Sequence record: NC_019929.1
Direction: 5' to 3' (one strand)
Length of the DNA stretch: 64,000 nt
Shown here: piece by piece, positions 28,480 to 39,205 of the stretch
How positions within the stretch are numbered: position 1 is the first letter of the stretch
Layout of the letters: every line of letters starts with the position of its first letter
Program-made: the position numbers and the translations under genes
Notes under the pieces: generated by a model
Seen by the model: only the letters and a program-made list of their open reading frames with translations
What the model was told of the DNA's origin: nothing
Databases searched by the model: none

Positions 28480-28983
28480 ATGGCTACAACTGATATTAAT
28501 ACCCAGGACGCACGTCCTACTGCTACCCAGCGTTTGGCAGCCTCGTACGGCCAGGATGACCAACACCAGGTTAAACTGATCACCACGCAGCTGGATGAAG
28601 CCGGTGCGGCAGTTGGCCCGAACAAGGCCAAAGGCACGCAGACCGAGAAAGATGCGTATAACAAGCTGCACAGCTCGTTCCGTGCGTTGATGGACTTACG
28701 TGGTCAGGCATTCCTCGACGCGTTCTACGCGTTCGTTGAAGCAGCCCAGAAACACAAAAAAGGCATCTTCTACCAACCGCTGGTCACCCGCTATGCGGAC
28801 GTGAACTTCCCGGACAGCTCTGAGCGCGAAGTGTTTGTCGTGTTCATCAACATGCTGGTACGTTTTGCCGGGGCTTCCGACAAACGTCGTTGGCTGGAGC
28901 TGAACAAAGTCAGTCGTGTGACTGACCGCGTAACCGACCAGGAACTGGCTTCGCTGCTGGCCCACGCGTTTGGTGCGGCTTAA
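28480..28983 (+). CDS. Conserved hypothetical protein (167 aa)
   Basis: TAAGGA RBS and strong codon bias. Confidence 0.75.
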   Translation: MATTDINTQDARPTATQRLAASYGQDDQHQVKLITTQLDEAGAAVGPNKAKGTQTEKDAYNKLHSSFRALMDLRGQAFLDAFYAFVEAAQKHKKGIFYQPLVTRYADVNFPDSSEREVFVVFINMLVRFAGASDKRRWLELNKVSRVTDRVTDQELASLLAHAFGAA

Positions 28984-28990
28984 ATAAAAG

Positions 28991-29029
28991 TACCCACTCC
29001 TTTGCGGGAGTGGGTATACTTCTTTTTTT
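28991..29029. terminator. Bidirectional terminator
   Basis: TACCCACTCC-TTTGCG-GGAGTGGGTA flanked by A- and T-tracts. Confidence 0.8.
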
Positions 29030-29030
29030 G

Positions 29031-30821
29031 TCAAAATCCGTTGATGTACTCAATCGGGTCAGTGACGGTTTCGCCTTGACGAACCAGGAAGGTGGTCAAC
29101 ACTTTATCTTTGTCTGGCAGACAGAAGAAGTCGTTGGCAATCTCCATCGCATTCACTCGCCCTGCGGTTAAGTTCACCCCAGTACGGCGACGAATCTCTT
29201 CGCTGACTCCGGTAATGCTTAACAGTTCAATCAGGGTAGTCTCACGCGATTGGTTCATCATGTTCGTGGCTGACGGGTACGCCTGGGTTAAGTCGGCATC
29301 CGCGGTTTGTCCACGGAAGGCAGAGTGGAACTGCGGTATCTCTTTCAAGATGTTCGTCAGACCATTCTCGGAGTTCATGCACGCGGTTAACGTCACAATC
29401 CATCCATCCGTCCCGATAACCTCCTCATCGTAATCGTTGCGCATCGCCTGACCGGTACACCCAATAACCAGACTCGGGTTCTGTTCATACAGGTAGTACG
29501 TAAAGGCCACACAGATACGTTTGGGTAGCGATGGGAAGATGTCGTACATCGAATAACCGGCCAGAATTGAGATTGCTGAGGCCAAGTCATTGGTCTTCTT
29601 GTCCAGCAGCAATATCATCAGGTTATCGAAGATGTTATAGACGCAATACTCCAGCGCAAAGTCTTTCTGCGCTTTCAAGTGCCATTCGAGTTTCTCCTCA
29701 TACGGCAACCCAGGGATGTCGAGTTTGTTTAATCCTAACTCGCTGTCCAGGATGGCGTTTAACTTGTACGACGGGCGCTGACCTTCGTGTACACGCAGAG
29801 AACGGAACAGACACATGGCATCGACAAAGAAAAAGGACGCCATGCAGTACAGAACGTGCCACTGTTGAGACGGGGCCTTGGTCAACGACTTCGACTCGGT
29901 CTTCTTCGATGCCTGGTCTTTCTTAAACCACACCTTACGGTACTTCTGCGGTACGCTCGGATGAGAGAAAACGTCTTCCGGGGCGATATTATCACGCTCT
30001 AACGCTTCAAGCATACGTGAAATATCGAACTCGTGGTTCCAGGCGACCATCAAGTCCGGTAAGCGTGGATGGATTTCTTCAAACATCCTGACCACGGCGT
30101 GACCAGAGGTGGCACACTCGTGGGCCGTGATGGTGAAGCCTTCCAATACGTTCTTGATTTTGATTTCGTCTTCGCCAGTCTTTTTGTTCTTGCCACGGAA
30201 CTCAATCTTCGACAGCATCTCCTGTGCACGTTTCAGTAACCGCTCACCGAAGTTCACTTTACCACAACGGGCAATGTAGTCCTGGGTGGCAAAGAAGTGA
30301 ATCTCGTCATCCAGCACGAAGCTCATTAACCACGGGTCACGCGAACCGTCCTCTTCACGCGTTTCCACGTCGTAGATACACAGGCGGTTAGGGGTGACGC
30401 TGTTGGGCCACTTCTTTAAATACTTCTGCTTAATCCAGCTGGTGACCGGTAAGTCCGCCCAATACACATACGGACTGGAACACACCTGGCGCAGACGTTT
30501 CTTCGGGTCAGGGAAACGCACACCTAGCCCGGCTTGAATGGTGATGGACATGCCCACATCAGTGGTCATAAACTCCTGCGTCTTACTGCGTTCTTCGTAC
30601 TCTTTTTTCTCTTGATGATTACGGTGCGGAGGCTGGGTAATATAGATAGGACGTTTGAGATTCTCACGTCCAAACACCCGTGGAATCAGCCTGCCGTCTT
30701 TAGTATGGATGACCTCTTTCACGAGGACAAAGTCGTTTTGCTTTTCATCGTCTGTCGCATAAGCGACATGCTTGCACTCTTTAGCGATTACGTCCTCGGG
30801 TGCAAAATAGTTATTGATCAT
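29031..30821 (-). CDS. Split family-B DNA polymerase, N-terminal subunit with 3'-5' exonuclease (phiKZ gp82-like)
   Basis: ExoI YDVET, ExoII WNHEFDI, ExoIII YNIFD and motif A-like DLTQAYPS. Probable start ATG at 30821 (MINNYF), not 31199. Confidence 0.85.
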   Translation of the reverse strand: MINNYFAPEDVIAKECKHVAYATDDEKQNDFVLVKEVIHTKDGRLIPRVFGRENLKRPIYITQPPHRNHQEKKEYEERSKTQEFMTTDVGMSITIQAGLGVRFPDPKKRLRQVCSSPYVYWADLPVTSWIKQKYLKKWPNSVTPNRLCIYDVETREEDGSRDPWLMSFVLDDEIHFFATQDYIARCGKVNFGERLLKRAQEMLSKIEFRGKNKKTGEDEIKIKNVLEGFTITAHECATSGHAVVRMFEEIHPRLPDLMVAWNHEFDISRMLEALERDNIAPEDVFSHPSVPQKYRKVWFKKDQASKKTESKSLTKAPSQQWHVLYCMASFFFVDAMCLFRSLRVHEGQRPSYKLNAILDSELGLNKLDIPGLPYEEKLEWHLKAQKDFALEYCVYNIFDNLMILLLDKKTNDLASAISILAGYSMYDIFPSLPKRICVAFTYYLYEQNPSLVIGCTGQAMRNDYDEEVIGTDGWIVTLTACMNSENGLTNILKEIPQFHSAFRGQTADADLTQAYPSATNMMNQSRETTLIELLSITGVSEEIRRRTGVNLTAGRVNAMEIANDFFCLPDKDKVLTTFLVRQGETVTDPIEYINGF

Positions 30822-30893
30822 GGGTTCACTCTCAAATCTGGTGGCTGCTATATTGATTTGCGGGTAGCGTAATTTTCTATTAAGGAACGTCAA

Positions 30894-32249
30894 ATGGGAC
30901 ACTGGCAAAGACACATTAAAACAGTGGCCGAAGCGCAAGCGGTGGCCAGGGAATCTATCCGATTCCAGGATAAAAAGAAACTCGCCGAGTTGGCGGATAT
31001 AGTTGGTAAATTCCGTGCGGCGGGGGACTTCTCTCCGGCGGGATACGATAGTTCTGGTGTGGCTGCCTGGGTTCTGAAAACCGTTGGTCTGACAATCCTG
31101 TTCCGTAACGGTGCCGAGCTGGGCGTCGTTGACGTGGTCTTCGCCGGAGTGGAACCACCGAAGCTGGATGCGAACAGCCCGATTGTCAGCAGCCTGCACC
31201 GTGTGTTCTATCAGGGCAACAAAGACCTCGACGTCTACAGCAAGTTCATTAAAGAGAACGAGCTGAACGGGGAGTTCGATGATGCGAACGCCAAGGTGTC
31301 GGGCGACCTCAGTAAAGTGCCATCCCCACTTTACCTGACCCCGAAAATGTTGACGTCCTTAGAGTTGTCGGATTTAGAAGTGGCCTCCGTGATTCTCCAC
31401 GAAGTGGGGCACGTCTACTACTACTTCCGTACGCTGATGCGCACCCTGATTACCAACCTGGTTGCTGATGCTGCGGCCAACCGCATGATGGAAACCGAAG
31501 ATGCTGCGGTGCGTCTGAAGGTGGTGAAGGATGTCGAGCGTATTCTTGATACCAAAGTGAACGAACCGGAAACCATTTGCAAAGAGTTCAAAAAAGAGAA
31601 CATCTATATGCACCTGGTGACCCAGACGTTGCTTGACCGTCCTTACGTGACCGGTGGGCAAGGGTTTGCGAACCGTACCTGGGAACGTGCAGCTGATGAC
31701 TTCGCCGCTCGCTTTGGCGCAGCGCCGTATCTGGCTTCGGCACTGTACAAGATGGAAAGCGATCGCTTCTATCTGTTCCGCAACCGTTCGTACATGAACT
31801 ACGGTGTGCACCTCACCATCGAGATGCTCGAAGTGGCTTACCTGATTGTGTCCTTTGCGACGCCGTTTGGAATGCTGTTCGGTTCAATCTCGCTGCTGTT
31901 CGGTCTGGTGATTAACGACCCAGAAAACACCATCTACGATCCGCCGCAGGAACGCTTTGAAACTATGCGCCGGAATTTGGTGGAAGAACTGAACACGCTG
32001 AAGGACAAGAACACCAAAGCGGCCAACGACCAACGTAAACGTATCCTGGATGGAATTGCGGCGGTAGACAACATCCTCAAAACAGTGAAGGATAAAGATA
32101 ACATCTATTCCTTCCTGATGAAGACGTTGACCCCAGCCGGGCGTCGTGAGCGCAAAGCGGTGGATTACCAGCGCTCGCTTGAGCGTTACCTGTCCAACGA
32201 CCTGCGTGTGGCATCAGCCAAACTGAACCAACTTGCTGCGGTAAAGTAG
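30894..32249 (+). CDS. Virion/head protein with zincin metallopeptidase motif
   Basis: LHEVGH followed by ERAADDFA, plus a hydrophobic segment near the C-terminus; first gene of the head protein cluster. Confidence 0.6.
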   Translation: MGHWQRHIKTVAEAQAVARESIRFQDKKKLAELADIVGKFRAAGDFSPAGYDSSGVAAWVLKTVGLTILFRNGAELGVVDVVFAGVEPPKLDANSPIVSSLHRVFYQGNKDLDVYSKFIKENELNGEFDDANAKVSGDLSKVPSPLYLTPKMLTSLELSDLEVASVILHEVGHVYYYFRTLMRTLITNLVADAAANRMMETEDAAVRLKVVKDVERILDTKVNEPETICKEFKKENIYMHLVTQTLLDRPYVTGGQGFANRTWERAADDFAARFGAAPYLASALYKMESDRFYLFRNRSYMNYGVHLTIEMLEVAYLIVSFATPFGMLFGSISLLFGLVINDPENTIYDPPQERFETMRRNLVEELNTLKDKNTKAANDQRKRILDGIAAVDNILKTVKDKDNIYSFLMKTLTPAGRRERKAVDYQRSLERYLSNDLRVASAKLNQLAAVK

Positions 32250-32311
32250 CAGGGGAGTCGGTCGGGCAACAACCGGAGTACCTCTGGATTACCTTACCGT
32301 ATCGATGGCAG

Positions 32312-32725
32312 GTGCTCTCAGCTGCACAGATTGACCACGACCTGAACGGGATGCGCTACGGCGTAGACCCGGTACCGTTGGTAGGCTATTCGAATAAGGT
32401 AGAAGCGATTAAAGCCGCTATCTCGTATGCCTCTATTCACAACGCAGGCACGGCACCAGGGGACGTGGATAAAACCATTGCCCCGATTATTGTGCAACAG
32501 CGTGGCAATACGTTACTGCTGAGAAGTACCGGACTGGCCAACAACCTGACAGAAGGCGACAAGACACACATCTACCGTGTCCGCACTGCCGAATGCTCAG
32601 AAGCCTGGCAACAGTCGTTCGATGGCTCCCCCGAATACTACACGTACGGCGCGACCACTTACGAAGAAGTCGAGTTTGACTCGATTCTTAATTTTATCAA
32701 AGGGGCAGGGCTAACCGTCTCTTAA
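32312..32725 (+). CDS. Hypothetical protein, probably virion (137 aa)
   Basis: GTG-start ORF filling the gap in a structural operon. Confidence 0.55.
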   Translation: MLSAAQIDHDLNGMRYGVDPVPLVGYSNKVEAIKAAISYASIHNAGTAPGDVDKTIAPIIVQQRGNTLLLRSTGLANNLTEGDKTHIYRVRTAECSEAWQQSFDGSPEYYTYGATTYEEVEFDSILNFIKGAGLTVS

Positions 32726-32739
32726 CCTAGGGTGATATC

Positions 32740-33183
32740 ATGACTCACAAAGTCTCTTTGAACTCGTTAGTTCTCGATTTTAAACGCACCAACGAAGGCA
32801 AGGGCGTACAAGCCCAGCGTGCCCTGACAGGGCTGGTTGCCTTTGCACTGGCCTACGCTGCTGACCTGCCGAACAATGGCCAGATGGGTGCCTCCGAAGT
32901 GGTGGGCCTGAAACTGCGTCCGATCATGCGCAACATCGTGTCTGATGTGAACGAGCTGTACTGCGTTGACCTCGGCACGATTGAAGACCTGACTGTGGGA
33001 TTGTATTGCAACCGCTACAACCAGGTCTGGGGTGGGCGCTTTGCTCTCGACTCTTTCTCGGTGAAAGAAATTTTCCACGATGCCGTGGGTGAAGATGTGT
33101 GGGACACTGTCGGTCTGTGGATTGAACGTTTCGCAGAAGCAGTGAACTTCTACATCGCTGAAACGCGAGGTCAGATTTCATGA
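32740..33183 (+). CDS. Hypothetical protein, probably virion (147 aa)
   Basis: ORF coupled (ATGA) to the next head protein gene. Confidence 0.65.
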   Translation: MTHKVSLNSLVLDFKRTNEGKGVQAQRALTGLVAFALAYAADLPNNGQMGASEVVGLKLRPIMRNIVSDVNELYCVDLGTIEDLTVGLYCNRYNQVWGGRFALDSFSVKEIFHDAVGEDVWDTVGLWIERFAEAVNFYIAETRGQIS

Positions 33184-34880
33184 CAATGGAAATGACGGGC
33201 AACAACACCCCACCCCAATGGCAACTCGGGGAAATTGGGGATGTGGTGCGCTCCCGCCTTGAGGAGCGCGTGTCGACGGTCAGCCAGCTTAACCTGTACA
33301 TGCAGCGTAACGAAGCTGACCTGATTTACGGTTCGCGTCTGTTGATGCAAATCGAAGCCATTCTGCACGAGGTACGTCGTTCCGGCTTGTCTCGTGACCT
33401 GGCAGTCGCGGTCGAGTCTACCCGTCCGGGTACCATCTCCCCGACTACCCGTTCTATTCTGACGTCGAACTTCACGAAGACCGGCCAGAAAGAAACCGTG
33501 GTGGCGCTGGAGTCCTGGGCAAACGCCGGGAAGATTGGCCTGATTATCCTGGCTCTGTCCTCAGTGATTAAAATCCTGGGCTGGATCATGGAGAAAGGTT
33601 CCGGTTTCGCCGGTGACGGTGGGCGCGATGAAGGTGCGTATAAAGAAGGCGTTGACAGCAAAGTCGAAAGCTTTAAAGTCGACGGTACCACGGTACTTGA
33701 CCAGCTGAATATCACCGCCATCAAAGACGCGTACATGGAAGCAGCAAAAGGTCTGAAAGGGCGTGCCCTGGAAAACCTGAACCTGGCCGTGACCCTCGCC
33801 GATGAAGTCTTCTCGAACATGAAAGCCGAAGAGTATCTGAATGCGCTCTCTAACGCACAGAAACGCTCTCCATTCACTAACCTGTTCAAAGGCTACAGCG
33901 AACGTCGTCAAAGCCAGCAGAGTGTGATTCACGACCTTCTGGACACCCTCCTGCAACTGAACGTGACTTCCGGCGTCTATCCGCATCAGACTGCGGAGAA
34001 AGCGTACCAGGGCTTACCGCCATCGGTGCGTAAAGCCGGGGTGAAAATCCCGAACGAGATGAACTACAAACAAGCCTCCAACGTGGTGGGTGAACTGACC
34101 GGTTACTTTGGTAACTTGCAGAAAACCTTCCACGAACTGGCTGCTCCGGCGTTGCTGGAGAGTTACCAGAAAGGCGGCAAGTCACAGGGCGTCGAAGGGA
34201 TCGGGACACTGTTTGGTCAGGCGCTGCAATCGTTGAACACCACGCTTTCCGGTTCTATCTCTGATGGGGCGGGTAAAGGCTTTAGCTCCTCGTCGTTTGC
34301 GGTCGTGGCCATCAAGCCGGAACAAGAGCGCGATTTGGTTGGCTACAACATCTACGACAACCTTGGCAGTCAGCGTAAGCTGGCGGTGGCCACTGGCACG
34401 GCGTTCTTCGGGGCGGCGTGTCTGGAAGAGTTGCGTCAGAATGTTAAGCTCTCCGTGGGCGATGAGCGTGAGCTGTTAGCGGTGGTCGTGAGCCTCGGCA
34501 AAACCGGGTTTACCACCAACACCTACGACACCAACCTCAACAAATACAGCACACTCAACAAAGCCGTTGAGCAAACGCTGAAAGAGTTAGAGGCGTGGCA
34601 GAAGCAGATGAAGAACAGTGACGGCGGGTTTGTGAAATACATCTCCGACGTCATCACCACCGAGCTGAAGCGTAATCCGACCGGACTGCGTACCAGCGGA
34701 CGTGAACTGTCCATGACGTATATGGATGGGGACGGTGATTTCTTCGAAGCGCTGAAAGCCAACATCACGCTGGTGAAACGTCTCTGTGAAGGTGTCGGGT
34801 CATTACAGGTGGTGCTCTCACGCGCCAAGCTGAACCCACTGGTGAAAGGCAATCGACAGACTGCTGAATCTGACGATTAA
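33180..34880 (+). CDS. Internal head/ejection protein (phiKZ gp86-like)
   Basis: 566 aa; candidate protease sites AVE-S and ALE-S followed by a hydrophobic helix (IGLIILALSSVIKILGW). Confidence 0.5.
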   Translation: MTMEMTGNNTPPQWQLGEIGDVVRSRLEERVSTVSQLNLYMQRNEADLIYGSRLLMQIEAILHEVRRSGLSRDLAVAVESTRPGTISPTTRSILTSNFTKTGQKETVVALESWANAGKIGLIILALSSVIKILGWIMEKGSGFAGDGGRDEGAYKEGVDSKVESFKVDGTTVLDQLNITAIKDAYMEAAKGLKGRALENLNLAVTLADEVFSNMKAEEYLNALSNAQKRSPFTNLFKGYSERRQSQQSVIHDLLDTLLQLNVTSGVYPHQTAEKAYQGLPPSVRKAGVKIPNEMNYKQASNVVGELTGYFGNLQKTFHELAAPALLESYQKGGKSQGVEGIGTLFGQALQSLNTTLSGSISDGAGKGFSSSSFAVVAIKPEQERDLVGYNIYDNLGSQRKLAVATGTAFFGAACLEELRQNVKLSVGDERELLAVVVSLGKTGFTTNTYDTNLNKYSTLNKAVEQTLKELEAWQKQMKNSDGGFVKYISDVITTELKRNPTGLRTSGRELSMTYMDGDGDFFEALKANITLVKRLCEGVGSLQVVLSRAKLNPLVKGNRQTAESDD

Positions 34881-34888
34881 AATAAAGG

Positions 34889-34926
34889 CTACCCACTCCC
34901 GAAAAGGAGTGGGTAGTTCTTTTTTA
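34889..34926. terminator. Bidirectional terminator
   Basis: CTACCCACTCC-CGAAAA-GGAGTGGGTAG followed by a T-run. Confidence 0.8.
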
Positions 34927-37881
34927 TTCTTTCGTGGTATCGTGGCGATTGTACGAGATAACGATGTCGTCTTTTAACCCGATGTCCCCGTTGGCTTCCA
35001 CATCGAGTTTCTTCCCGATGGTAGCCCGCGAAGCTTCGGAGACCACAGTGAACAGACGCATGTCTTTGTCTGGCCCCATGTTATCCAACTCTACCCCAAT
35101 CACTGACCCTTCCAGTGCGGTCTTCAACAGGTTCCCGATTTCCGTGGCAGACACGGTCAAGTTCGCGGCCAGATAATCGTTGATGACTTGTGAGGTCTTC
35201 TTCCGAATCTGGGCTAACAAATCGGTGTTGTTGCGGTTCGCAGCCGTCAGGTAGTATTTCACCGTGAACTGATTCTCGGCCGGGATAGGTGTCACCACCC
35301 CGTCTTCCGTACGGCAATCAATGTAACCCATCGTGGTGATAGGCACGAAGAAGCCGTCGGTCTGTTCGAGCAGAATCGGTTTCAGCTTCGGTAACGTTCC
35401 GGTCACGTAGTTAACAATGTCGTCTACTACCGAGGCCAGATACTGCTGGGCGGTTTGGGTAGTAGCGAATTTGTAACGGGCATCAAACACCGCCATCTCG
35501 CTGCGGAATTTAATGCTACGCGGTTTGGCAATCACCGGTTGACCATAGTCATCCATCACGAGGGTGTTCTTCTCGTGTTCGATTTCCTGTTTTCCGGTTA
35601 CCGGGTCAATCACCGGGTCACCTTTCCGGTGTTCGTAGACAATCTGCAACGGCGGGGTGGCGGCGGGGTCGTACTTGTATTCCGGTACCCCCTCAGCATC
35701 ACGTTTAATCACATCCACTTTCCAGGTGGCTAACACATCCTCCTGGTAATACTCGTAGTTGATGGTGTCCGTCACTGCACGGGCTTTACGCCAGTAGTAG
35801 GTCAGTGCTTTCCCCAGTTCGATTTTGAAAATCTCATGGGTAACACCAATCGCATCACGAGACGGCAGTGTGATTAAAGTGTCCATTTCCGCACGTTCGT
35901 AGTTCCCCGGATAGTAACCCGTGGTACCGTAGAACACGTTGAAGTCAGTCAGCAGAGCCACCGGCGTATCGACCGGATTCTCACTGGTCATGCGCGTGTT
36001 GGTCAGCACCAGTTCGTCATTACGGTCAACGTCGAGGTTACTTTCCAGCAGGAACTCCCAGACGCGTTCATTCCCTTGCTTACCCACCAGTTCCCCGTTG
36101 ATGTACGCCAGCGTGCCATCTGAGTTACGCGGGGTAAAGGAGATTTGCGCAAACACCTGTGAGTCGTCCAGGGCTTGGTACGGGGGTTCGGATTTGGTGA
36201 CTGTCCGCAACACGTACCCGGCTTCGGTCTTCTCAATGGTGTAGTCCGCGGTAACCACTGACAGTTCCGTGGTGACGTTGGTGGTAATGAAACGCTTGGA
36301 ACTGAGCTGCGGTTTGTCCAGCTGATAGATACGCACGTCGATGGCTTTGTTGTTGATGTCCACGACGTAGAAGAACGGGGTGAAGAGATACCGCGAGGTG
36401 TTCCCGGCATTCACCAGGTCTTCCTTACGCATCGTTTTCGCCAACTCGGTCATCTGTGCATCAATCGACAGACTGGTATCGGTAAAGCGGTACAGAGTAT
36501 CCGGGCCAATGGTCAGACGGTTACCGTTTACCTTCACCGTGGACAATGCCACCAGTTCATCCCAGGAGAAATACAGCGGGGCCGTAATTGTCCCAATCGG
36601 GGTACTGACTTTGGAGATTGTCGAGTCCATCATCGGGGCTGTCAGGAAGTAGGTACGCCCGGTGACATAGTCGTTCGGTTTAGACAGCGTCAGGCCGTAA
36701 TCCGACACAGTGGCTTCCAGTTGTTTCTCAGTGACCGGTAACCGGCGGGCACCCACGGCATTGTTCACCACACGTTCACGCAGTTCGTCAAACGACAATT
36801 GCCCACGACCCCCTTTCGCCATTTTCCCGGCAGCCGCGGCCAGCATTTTAATGGAGAAGGATTTAATCGGGTTGACGTAGTTGGCATCGTACTCACTGTT
36901 AAAATCACGCAGCGAGAAGGTGTACTCGTCAGCCGGATAGGCCGAGATGTCCAGACTGATGGGACCGAGCGTGGTGTAGACATCCATGCGCACTTCGCCA
37001 CTCACCAGATTCTTCGCCATGTAAATGGACGGAATGGTGCAGCGAAGACTGGATGAGCCCACCTGAATCAACGCTGTGGGAGTGTTCGGGTCATACACGT
37101 CACGGTTGTGCGTGTGACTGATTTCCACCCAGGTGGTGGTGTTCAGTAACTTGACCCACACCCGCACGTAGAAGAACTTGTTGGTGTAGGCACGGGTCAT
37201 CACAAAGGTGTTCTGCCCTTCGACCGTGTCCGATTCCGACTTCACGGAATACTGCATGGTTGGGATGTGAATCGCCAGCAGTTGTGAGGTGGTGGTGTTC
37301 GTGCTGGTCAGTTCCCATTCCAGGGCATTGGTGGACACCGGTGAAATCGGGGACTGGTTCTCGGTAATCCACAATACCTGAAACGCCGGAGACTCGTTGG
37401 TGCCATACGGCAGAACACGAATCTCAATCGGGTACTGAATCGCAAACGGGTAGCCCGAGACATTAAACACGGTGTCGCGGGGAATCACCACTTTACGAAT
37501 CCCGGCCACGTTCAACGGATAGGCTTTCGACAGAATCGAATCCACATCCAACAGCAGAATCAGTTCGGTACTGCCGGGTTGTGCAAATACATCCACGTAG
37601 TCGACGTCAGACATGTGACGGAACAAATCGTCGTAGGTCTGGGCCATGCTCGCAAATGTCTTCGGTACCGTTTCCCGTGAACCCATGATCGTCGTGTGGC
37701 CAATCATCGTGCCCATCTCCGCCAGGTAAGCCACCGGGTCAGTTGGGTCACGCAGCAGAATCTGCCCTTCGGCGTCTTCGACATCCTGGAGATGGTTTAA
37801 CTGAATCGACTGCATCGCGGCGGGGTGGTGCGCCAGCAGCAGCAGATTGTCAGCCATCGTTTTATACGTATTTGAACTCAT
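34924..37881 (-). CDS. Baseplate wedge protein (phiKZ gp87-like; T4 gp6/baseplate J-like)
   Basis: 985 aa; KGGRGQLSFDELRERV...PVTEKQLE resembles the baseplate-J motif; synteny agrees. Confidence 0.65.
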   Translation of the reverse strand: MSSNTYKTMADNLLLLAHHPAAMQSIQLNHLQDVEDAEGQILLRDPTDPVAYLAEMGTMIGHTTIMGSRETVPKTFASMAQTYDDLFRHMSDVDYVDVFAQPGSTELILLLDVDSILSKAYPLNVAGIRKVVIPRDTVFNVSGYPFAIQYPIEIRVLPYGTNESPAFQVLWITENQSPISPVSTNALEWELTSTNTTTSQLLAIHIPTMQYSVKSESDTVEGQNTFVMTRAYTNKFFYVRVWVKLLNTTTWVEISHTHNRDVYDPNTPTALIQVGSSSLRCTIPSIYMAKNLVSGEVRMDVYTTLGPISLDISAYPADEYTFSLRDFNSEYDANYVNPIKSFSIKMLAAAAGKMAKGGRGQLSFDELRERVVNNAVGARRLPVTEKQLEATVSDYGLTLSKPNDYVTGRTYFLTAPMMDSTISKVSTPIGTITAPLYFSWDELVALSTVKVNGNRLTIGPDTLYRFTDTSLSIDAQMTELAKTMRKEDLVNAGNTSRYLFTPFFYVVDINNKAIDVRIYQLDKPQLSSKRFITTNVTTELSVVTADYTIEKTEAGYVLRTVTKSEPPYQALDDSQVFAQISFTPRNSDGTLAYINGELVGKQGNERVWEFLLESNLDVDRNDELVLTNTRMTSENPVDTPVALLTDFNVFYGTTGYYPGNYERAEMDTLITLPSRDAIGVTHEIFKIELGKALTYYWRKARAVTDTINYEYYQEDVLATWKVDVIKRDAEGVPEYKYDPAATPPLQIVYEHRKGDPVIDPVTGKQEIEHEKNTLVMDDYGQPVIAKPRSIKFRSEMAVFDARYKFATTQTAQQYLASVVDDIVNYVTGTLPKLKPILLEQTDGFFVPITTMGYIDCRTEDGVVTPIPAENQFTVKYYLTAANRNNTDLLAQIRKKTSQVINDYLAANLTVSATEIGNLLKTALEGSVIGVELDNMGPDKDMRLFTVVSEASRATIGKKLDVEANGDIGLKDDIVISYNRHDTTKE

Positions 37882-39179
37882 TAGGTGGCACTCGACGTTA
37901 CGAGGGCATTGCCTGCATTATCCAACAGACCTGCCTTCTTGAGAATGTGCTGATAATCGTTTTGATAAACGTACCAGGTGAGTTTACGCCGCAAGGTGTC
38001 AATGTGGGGATAACCGTAATAGTTGAATAACGGCAACAGCTGCGGAGCAATGGGTACCAGTTGATCAGAACCAATCGGCTGGAAGTTACCGCTGGCGACA
38101 CTGCCCGGTACCGGCAGCATGTCCGGGTTAAACATCCCCACCACGGCATTGAACATTTCCATGTACAGCGGGTCATCGAAACGGGCACCAATAAACTGCC
38201 AGTTCAGGTTGATGGTGGTGTCATCCTGCATCTGCGGTTTGGAGTTATCGACGTTGGCCATTTGTCCGGCGTTGTCGTTCATCGGCCAACCCACACAAGC
38301 TGTCCAGAAACGAGTGATGTTCCCCAGGGCATCGTAGCGTAGACCGTACGCACGCGACTGGTAATCGATACGGCGTTGAATCGAGTTACGCATCTTCGGT
38401 TTGAACTTGCCCATCTTAATCCCGGACATGTACTCCAGCCAAATCCCCATCATGCGCATCACCGGGTTCCCGTACGGGTTGTTCAGCGTCATGGACATGC
38501 TGTACTGGTTGTTGACCTCGTGGGTCGAATCCACCATCCCCCACTGCTCACGCATAATCCCTTCGTTCGACATCCAGTTATCCACACTCTGATCCGGCAT
38601 CCCGGAGAGGCTCAGTAACTGTGTGCTGAGCAATGGTATGAATGCCTGAAGATTGTCGAACATGATTTCCGAGAGGAACGGTGTACCCAGACGGTTCACC
38701 CGACGCCCCTTCACCATCGGTGGGTCGGAGAAACCTAACTCAAAGTCAGGGTCTAACGCCGCCAAAATGGAATAGTCAAGTGAGGACCGAGGCTGTGACG
38801 CCATGTTAGACATTTTGCGTGAGTTCGCAATGTTGTCAAAGCACAGGTTGAAGTCCGGTCGGGTAATAAAGGTTAACCCACCGTATTCCCGGTTAATCGG
38901 CGTAGGGTTAGACGCCATCATATGGTTAAACCCCATATAGGGGTTGGTCATACGCTGCGCAGCTAGACCCAAACCTACTGTAAGACGGATGCGATCATTC
39001 CACCCGGACAGTTCACTGTTCTTGTCGTACGCGGTGGTCGGGTTATTGTTGTTTAACCGCCCGTTGAAATACCCCGCGACAGACGGGACTGCATCCTGGT
39101 TATTGGGGTTCAGTTCGGTGTCGGTCAAATCGGTATTCGGGTCATACCCCGGATTGTTCTTATCAGTCTCGTTACTCAT
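37881..39179 (-). CDS. Baseplate/tail-tube-like structural protein (phiKZ gp88-like)
   Basis: SMTLNNPYGNPVMRMMGIWLEYM...GWPM...INLNWQF fits the tube-fold (gp19/gp48/gp54) pattern. Confidence 0.5.
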   Translation of the reverse strand: MSNETDKNNPGYDPNTDLTDTELNPNNQDAVPSVAGYFNGRLNNNNPTTAYDKNSELSGWNDRIRLTVGLGLAAQRMTNPYMGFNHMMASNPTPINREYGGLTFITRPDFNLCFDNIANSRKMSNMASQPRSSLDYSILAALDPDFELGFSDPPMVKGRRVNRLGTPFLSEIMFDNLQAFIPLLSTQLLSLSGMPDQSVDNWMSNEGIMREQWGMVDSTHEVNNQYSMSMTLNNPYGNPVMRMMGIWLEYMSGIKMGKFKPKMRNSIQRRIDYQSRAYGLRYDALGNITRFWTACVGWPMNDNAGQMANVDNSKPQMQDDTTINLNWQFIGARFDDPLYMEMFNAVVGMFNPDMLPVPGSVASGNFQPIGSDQLVPIAPQLLPLFNYYGYPHIDTLRRKLTWYVYQNDYQHILKKAGLLDNAGNALVTSSAT

Positions 39180-39205
39180 CTTTAACTCCGGAGTTTAGCT
39201 AAAAA

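Noticed and set aside
30822-31199. 126-aa N-terminal extension of the polymerase ORF in the track
   Set aside because: It overlaps the convergently oriented start of the 30894 gene; the protein-like sequence begins at ATG 30821.
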